Source: Salpingoeca rosetta | Lineage: Eukaryota > Protista > Choanoflagellata | NCBI GenBank assembly: GCA_033442325.1 | Contig: JAWQFM010000007.1 | Coordinates: 578,948 to 642,947 of the forward strand | DNA length: 64,000 nucleotides | Direction: 5' to 3' | Shown: piece by piece, positions 58,624 through 64,000 of the stretch | Position numbering within the stretch: the first letter of the stretch is position 1 | Layout: the number at the start of each line of letters is the position of its first letter | The notes under the pieces: model-generated | What the model was told of the DNA's origin: nothing | What the model saw: only the letters and a program-made list of their open reading frames with translations | Databases searched by the model: none | Made by a program: the position numbers and the translations under genes

Positions 58624-59175
58624 GCTCCACTGCTACACACTCCACCGGCAACAGGGATGACTTTCAGCCGTTTGATGTTGAGGAGCTGTTTGACGAGATC
58701 ACCAAGGACGACGTTGGCGCCGTGCAACGCGCTATTGACTTGGGCTTCGATCCAGAGGGACACGCGGTGTGTTCCACAGCACAACAGCTGCTTCATGCCT
58801 TTCCTTTCGACATTGTTCAAAACCATACACTCCACAGGCAGTGCTTTCTATCACACACAGTGCTTTCTATCTCACGTACAACCATACCTCTGCACACACA
58901 TGCACACACACGTTCACATGCACGCACATTCATACACATACACACGCACTCGTGCATGTGTTGACGGCCACCGCAGGACCGAAGTGGGGAACTGGCGTTC
59001 CATCATGCTGCCTCTGTGGGTGCGCTGAACGTGTGCAAGTTCTTTGTCAATGTGTTGCTCATGGATGTGAACACGCGGCACAGCGACGGCTCCACGCCTG
59101 CCATCGTCGCAGCGTGGCACGGCCACAAGGTGACCACAGTATGTCATTGGTCTGCTAATGTGCGTGTATGTCTGT

Positions 59176-59245
<70 letters not shown>

Positions 59246-60146
59246 GCTCTCTGCATGTATCGATGTCGACGCATGTATGTGCAACAATCCCATCAAACAA
59301 ACACCTTGGCATATACACACCACCGCTGCCGTGCGTGCCCTGCAAGGATGTGCTGGACTATCTGATTGAGAAAGGCGCTGACGCGCACGCGAAATGCTAC
59401 AACGGCTGGAACGCCGTGATGGGCGCTGTGTATTGGAACGAATACGGTCAGTTGACAAGGGAACCACAAGAAGGATGTTTGGCACCACTGTCTCACCAGC
59501 CACAGATACGCCAACAACGGATTAACACACCAGCAGTGGCGTTTGTCCAAATGCAGCCACGCGCATGCACGCAGCCACCGTAACATCAACCTCACGACCA
59601 CTGCGCCACCACAACCTCACGACCACTGCGCCACCACTGCACAGATATGCTCCTTTATCTCGCATCGCTCGGTATTGCATTGGACGAACCGGAAAAGGAT
59701 GGCGAGTGGACGCCCCTCAAAGTCGCGGCAGCCCGGGTAAACCATGGACACACACATGCAGTCGTAATTGGTGGTGCTGAATGTGTGTGCTCGTGCACGC
59801 ACGTAGTTGTAGTGTGTGCTCGTGTACTTTCTTTGCCCTTGTCCTCGCCGCGTCTCTCTGTGTAAAAGTGTGTGTGTGTGTCTATGTTCCGCTCTCCTCC
59901 CCAGCTTTCCCTCATCCAACGTCCAAACACACACTACACACACACGCACGCACGCACGCACGATAGGGCCATGCGCATATGGTTGACTTTCTTCTTCGCC
60001 ACGGAGCAGATCCGCTCTTCATCGACAGCAGGGGACGGACACCGAAGGTACCGCACAACTGGCGGTGGTCGCAATGGCGTGCACTTGTGATGCTGTGCAA
60101 CCTTGTTAACGCGTGTGGCCTGTTGTGGCTACGGTTTGCTCATCTT

Positions 60147-60182
<36 letters not shown>

Positions 60183-60366
60183 GCACACACGCACACGCAC
60201 GCACACACGCACGCATACACAGATGCTTGCAGAATCGAAAGGGTTTCATCTGATTGCAGAGCGATTGGCTGTGGCGGAACGAGAGCGGCGGAAACACCTT
60301 GAACTTGAGGGAATGGAAACAGCACACACACGCACACATGCGCATGACATGCACGATGAACTGTGA
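58123..60366 (+). CDS. Ankyrin-repeat protein with putative signal peptide and C-terminal HDEL
   Basis: Exons 58123-58286, 58655-58766, 58977-59129, ~59347-59446, 59645-59736, 59967-60047 and 60223-60366 splice in phase. Ankyrin motifs GSTPAIVAAWHGH..LDYLIEKGAD, WTPLKVAAARGH..VDFLLRHGAD; ends HDEL*. Confidence 0.88.
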
Positions 60367-60867
60367 CGACGCAGGCGAGCGGCAGGACTCCTTCCCCCCT
60401 CCCCTCCCCCTCCATTGTACTTTCCGTTGCCTTGTGTTCATCTCAATGTTTTGTTTGTTACACACGCACACACACGCACACGCATATCGCCTTTGTTCTT
60501 CAAACACGCCGACACTGTGCAATTGTATCTTGTAATCGTACATTGCAACTATTCATATAAACAACCGTAGCACTACGCACCACGTGCCCCACAACACGCT
60601 CATGTCCATACAAACACACCCACCCAAATCTATGAACAACAGAACAACCAATTACTTGCTCCAAAAGCACCGCAACGCACCGAACAACTACGTGCATGTA
60701 CATTCACACCCTTCCTTCCTCCGTCCCTCCCTCACACAACACAACACAACACAACACAAACACAGCACAACACAACACAACACAAACACAGCACAACACA
60801 ACACAACACAAACACAGCACAACACAACACAAACACAACACAACACACACGCGCATATCCCCTGGCA

Positions 60868-63800
60868 TCAAATGACGGTTTCATATGAGACAACATCGCC
60901 CTCAACAGAGACGCGCGTCACGCCAAACTCAACCAAGCTCTCATCAAACCAGCCAGCACCCTCATCGTCCTCGTTGTTGTCAGTGCCATCGCTCGGGTGC
61001 CGCCCACTGGCGTGCGATCCTGTGCTCGTGTTCACTTGCGACGATGACGACTGTGACAGCCGTTTTTTCACGTCTGTGGACGTGTTCACGCTCGCACCAC
61101 TGTCACTGCCCCGCAGCTGGCGTGTGGGCCCTTCTGCGTGCACCGCGCTCCCATCACGTGGTTGTTGTGGTGCATGATCATGTCGGTGCTGATCCTGTTG
61201 CTGCTGGTGGTGCGTGTTGATGACGACGACGTTGTTGCCTGCACCCATACCGGGCACGTGCAGCGCGCACTCCGTAGCGGGGGAACAGTGTCCGCTCGAG
61301 GCTGAGGGCGACGCCGGCGAATCGACACCATGACGGCCACCACCACCGTCCCTGTGATACGAGGCTGCGTTGCTTCCATGTTGGCCGTTCGTGTGTCCTT
61401 GATGCTGCTGGTGATGGGTTGAGCTGCGACCTGCGAGCGAGAATGCTCTCGTCGTTGCAGCAACGGCCTGTTCGCCCCGCCTCAGCGCCTGCGCACATGT
61501 GCACGTGCACGTGCCCTTGGCGGCCGCCTGACCACTCTCGCTCGGCAGGGAGAGGGATCGACGTGCCTCGTCCACGTGCAAGGCACGCGCACCAACACGA
61601 GCACGACCATCTCCGCCATCAGCAGCACCACAGGTGCACGCCCGGTGTGTGGCAGATGCGCCGCGCACACGCGCACGACGCGAGGATGGCGATGAGCGGC
61701 GAACAGGGCTCTGGCCAACCATGGCACGCGCCTCCACGACAAGTTGCATCAGGCGAAGGCGGCGGCGGCTCCGCGGTGACAGCGGATTCGCACGAGAAAT
61801 GTTGCATGCAGGCACAGTTGCTGCTGACGTCATTGTGTCTGTACCTGCTGTGACTGTGCCTGTTGCTGCTGCTGCTACTGCTGCTGTTGCTGTCACCGTG
61901 GCGGCATCGATGGGTGCCCCTTCGGCATCCTTGGCATCCTTGGCACCCAAGCCTGTTGGCGTAGCATCACTGCCATCTGCCGTGCTGGCAGTGATGGTTG
62001 ATGCGGTGCTGTTGTTGTCCGCGCCAAGAGCATTACTGGATGCGTCACCATCACCAGCAACATCGTCGCCACCACCACCATCAGCGTCATCATCATCATT
62101 GTCGTCATCATCACATTCCTCGTGGCCACCGCAGGCGCTCGTCCCCTTCAGCTGTGCGGACAGCATTGCGTAATGCGCACCAAGCACCGAGCTGCGCAAC
62201 TTCTGTGCTGTGTGAAACGGTGACGCCATCAACGACAACCACGCGCGGTCGTGCTGGTGTTGGTGGTGTTGGTGGCTGTAGTGGTGTGACTCCTGGTAAC
62301 CATGGCGCTGGGGACTGGTTGACGCGAGCTGTGTCGCTGCCAGCGCAACAGTGGAAGCGAGTGCATCATCTGCATGCCCGCCGTCTTCACACACCTGCGA
62401 TGGTCCACTTTCTGCCCCGAAATGATGATTCTGCGCGTGAATGTGATCCTTCCCGCGTTGCTGAATCCACGGTCTGCCACGCCTGTCCTGTTGTGCCTCC
62501 CAATCACCGCCGCCGCCACCTTGCTCTTGTTCTTGTTGTTGCTGCCAAAGCCACGGGCGCAGAACGGCTTCAATGTCCGCACCAACAGATGACGTGCGTC
62601 GACGCGGCTTCACACCCATGCCTTTGCCATCACTATCATTGTAGCTGGCGATGGCATGCGCATCACAGCGTGCATTGGCGTTGCAGCTGCTACTGTTGCT
62701 TCTGTCCGTGTTCTTGCCGTTGCTGTTGGTGTTGGTGTTGGTGTTGTCGCTGTCGTGGATTCCGAGCAACTCCTCGCGTGTGATGCGTCGTCCACGCTGC
62801 TGCCGTCGAAGTCGCGCCTGGTCATCTGCGCTCACACCACGCCGCCGAACACCTTGCCGCTGTTGCTGGTGCCGCCCAAGATGGTGGTGGTGGTGGTGGT
62901 GATTGACCTGGTCACCGTCACGCTGTGATGTGTTCGGTCGCCCGCGCGTGGGTCGTGTGACCGCAAGGCGTGGTTCGCCTCCATAATTACCAAACCCAAC
63001 ACCACTACCATCAGCACCATCATCGTCTGCATCGTCGACAGCGCGGATTGGTGAGAGGTCGCGCCACTGCTGCGCAAACTGGTCCTCAGTCTCCATACGA
63101 AGGCCGCTGTCCTGCACACGTGCACTGCCGCCATCGCCACCAACCGCTGACTCGAGAAACGACCCATTCATGGACTGTGCAGATGTGTTGAAGGAGGCGT
63201 TATGCTCGCCCAGATGTCCATTTGCTGTTCGCAGTCCCGACAACCACGAGCGCTCCCCTTCATCGAGCGACAGGTTGGCAGCCACGCCGCCTTGCTCTGT
63301 CCGGCAGTGAAAGCCATCGGCGTCGCTGCTATTCTGCTTCATATCATCACGGGCTGTTGTTGTGGTGGCAAGCATCGATACAGACATCATGCGGTTGCCG
63401 CTATCATCCCTGCGCAGAGCAGAGGTTGACTGCCCGCACTTGTGCTGCTGGTGCTGCCGGTGCACGTGTGCGCGTTCCTCCACCGTTGTCAGTGCACGCG
63501 GCATGCGTCGTTTCGTGCGGGCACCCCGCGCAGATGCAGGCGACGTGAGTGTGGCGAGTGCAAACTGGCGCCGCCGCTGTGCGCTCATTCGCACAGGTGA
63601 TGTTCGATTTGCCTTCTGCATGAGCGCAATGAGGGATGGGCTGCTTGGGATGTGATATGGAAGGCTCTCCTCCACAATGGTCTTGAGTGGTGTTGTTGCC
63701 ACTGCTGACGCAGCATGTGCTCGAGCGAGAGTGGCGGCGCCGACGGGCGTGTGCGGTGCATCCTGCACAGCAGCATCACCTCCCTGCTGCCGGTAAGACT

Positions 63801-64000
63801 GAAATTCTTCAACACGCTCCTGTTCACCTTCTTGCTCTTCCGCGTCGCCTCCTTTCGCCGCTGTGCGTGCTTGGGCATGGGGTCTTCCCTTCAGCGGGTG
63901 CTGCTGTGGCTCTGAAGACACAACCTGACTGCCATCATCACTATGAGCATCACCAACATTGGCATGTTGAGGCTGCTCCTCACGAGTGCCATCAACACTG
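60868..64000 (-). CDS. Large terminal exon (>1040 aa) of a low-complexity, disordered protein; 5' part outside the window
   Basis: Stop-free frame from the window edge to 60868 with no dinucleotide microsatellites; ends VVSYETVI*. Confidence 0.75.
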   Translation of the reverse strand, partial: SVDGTREEQPQHANVGDAHSDDGSQVVSSEPQQHPLKGRPHAQARTAAKGGDAEEQEGEQERVEEFQSYRQQGGDAAVQDAPHTPVGAATLARAHAASAVATTPLKTIVEESLPYHIPSSPSLIALMQKANRTSPVRMSAQRRRQFALATLTSPASARGARTKRRMPRALTTVEERAHVHRQHQQHKCGQSTSALRRDDSGNRMMSVSMLATTTTARDDMKQNSSDADGFHCRTEQGGVAANLSLDEGERSWLSGLRTANGHLGEHNASFNTSAQSMNGSFLESAVGGDGGSARVQDSGLRMETEDQFAQQWRDLSPIRAVDDADDDGADGSGVGFGNYGGEPRLAVTRPTRGRPNTSQRDGDQVNHHHHHHHLGRHQQQRQGVRRRGVSADDQARLRRQQRGRRITREELLGIHDSDNTNTNTNSNGKNTDRSNSSSCNANARCDAHAIASYNDSDGKGMGVKPRRRTSSVGADIEAVLRPWLWQQQQEQEQGGGGGDWEAQQDRRGRPWIQQRGKDHIHAQNHHFGAESGPSQVCEDGGHADDALASTVALAATQLASTSPQRHGYQESHHYSHQHHQHQHDRAWLSLMASPFHTAQKLRSSVLGAHYAMLSAQLKGTSACGGHEECDDDDNDDDDADGGGGDDVAGDGDASSNALGADNNSTASTITASTADGSDATPTGLGAKDAKDAEGAPIDAATVTATAAVAAAATGTVTAGTDTMTSAATVPACNISRANPLSPRSRRRLRLMQLVVEARAMVGQSPVRRSSPSSRRARVRGASATHRACTCGAADGGDGRARVGARALHVDEARRSLSLPSESGQAAAKGTCTCTCAQALRRGEQAVAATTRAFSLAGRSSTHHQQHQGHTNGQHGSNAASYHRDGGGGRHGVDSPASPSASSGHCSPATECALHVPGMGAGNNVVVINTHHQQQQDQHRHDHAPQQPRDGSAVHAEGPTRQLRGSDSGASVNTSTDVKKRLSQSSSSQVNTSTGSHASGRHPSDGTDNNEDDEGAGWFDESLVEFGVTRVSVEGDVVSYETVI

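Overview
Eukaryotic, gene-dense, intron-rich DNA whose introns are full of (GT)n/(CA)n microsatellites. The gene content (TEAD, COMMD2, fused alpha-beta tryptophan synthase) and style suggest a unicellular holozoan, probably a choanoflagellate such as Salpingoeca rosetta (inference). Most six-frame ORFs are microsatellite noise, so gene models were spliced by hand. Left to right: intron-containing IS630/Tc1/mariner-like transposase (-, partial); intronless SERTA/IER-like gene A (+); ATP11-like P4-ATPase flippase (-); Cys-rich secreted protein (+); intronless GH28 hydrolase (-); secreted mucin with a golvesin/xanthan-lyase-type CBM (+); 4xWW+SH3 protein (-); TEAD (+); Trp synthase (-); COMMD2 (+); small 2-TM protein (+); SERTA/IER-like gene B (-); SDR (+); UBFD1-like (-, exon 1 duplicated); coiled-coil protein (-); signal peptide-ankyrin-HDEL protein (+); >1000-aa disordered ORF (-, partial). 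There are three N gaps. Best leads: (1) a ~1.1-kb near-identical direct repeat forms almost the whole bidirectional intergenic region of two different divergent gene pairs and brackets a 4.5-kb GH28 plus secreted-protein cassette; (2) two intronless paralogues share a SERTA/IER-like N-terminal motif and have upstream HSE, STAT-GAS and TEAD-like sites, possibly a pre-animal immediate-early/PP2A-B55 adaptor module. Family assignments come from recalled motifs; no database search was run.
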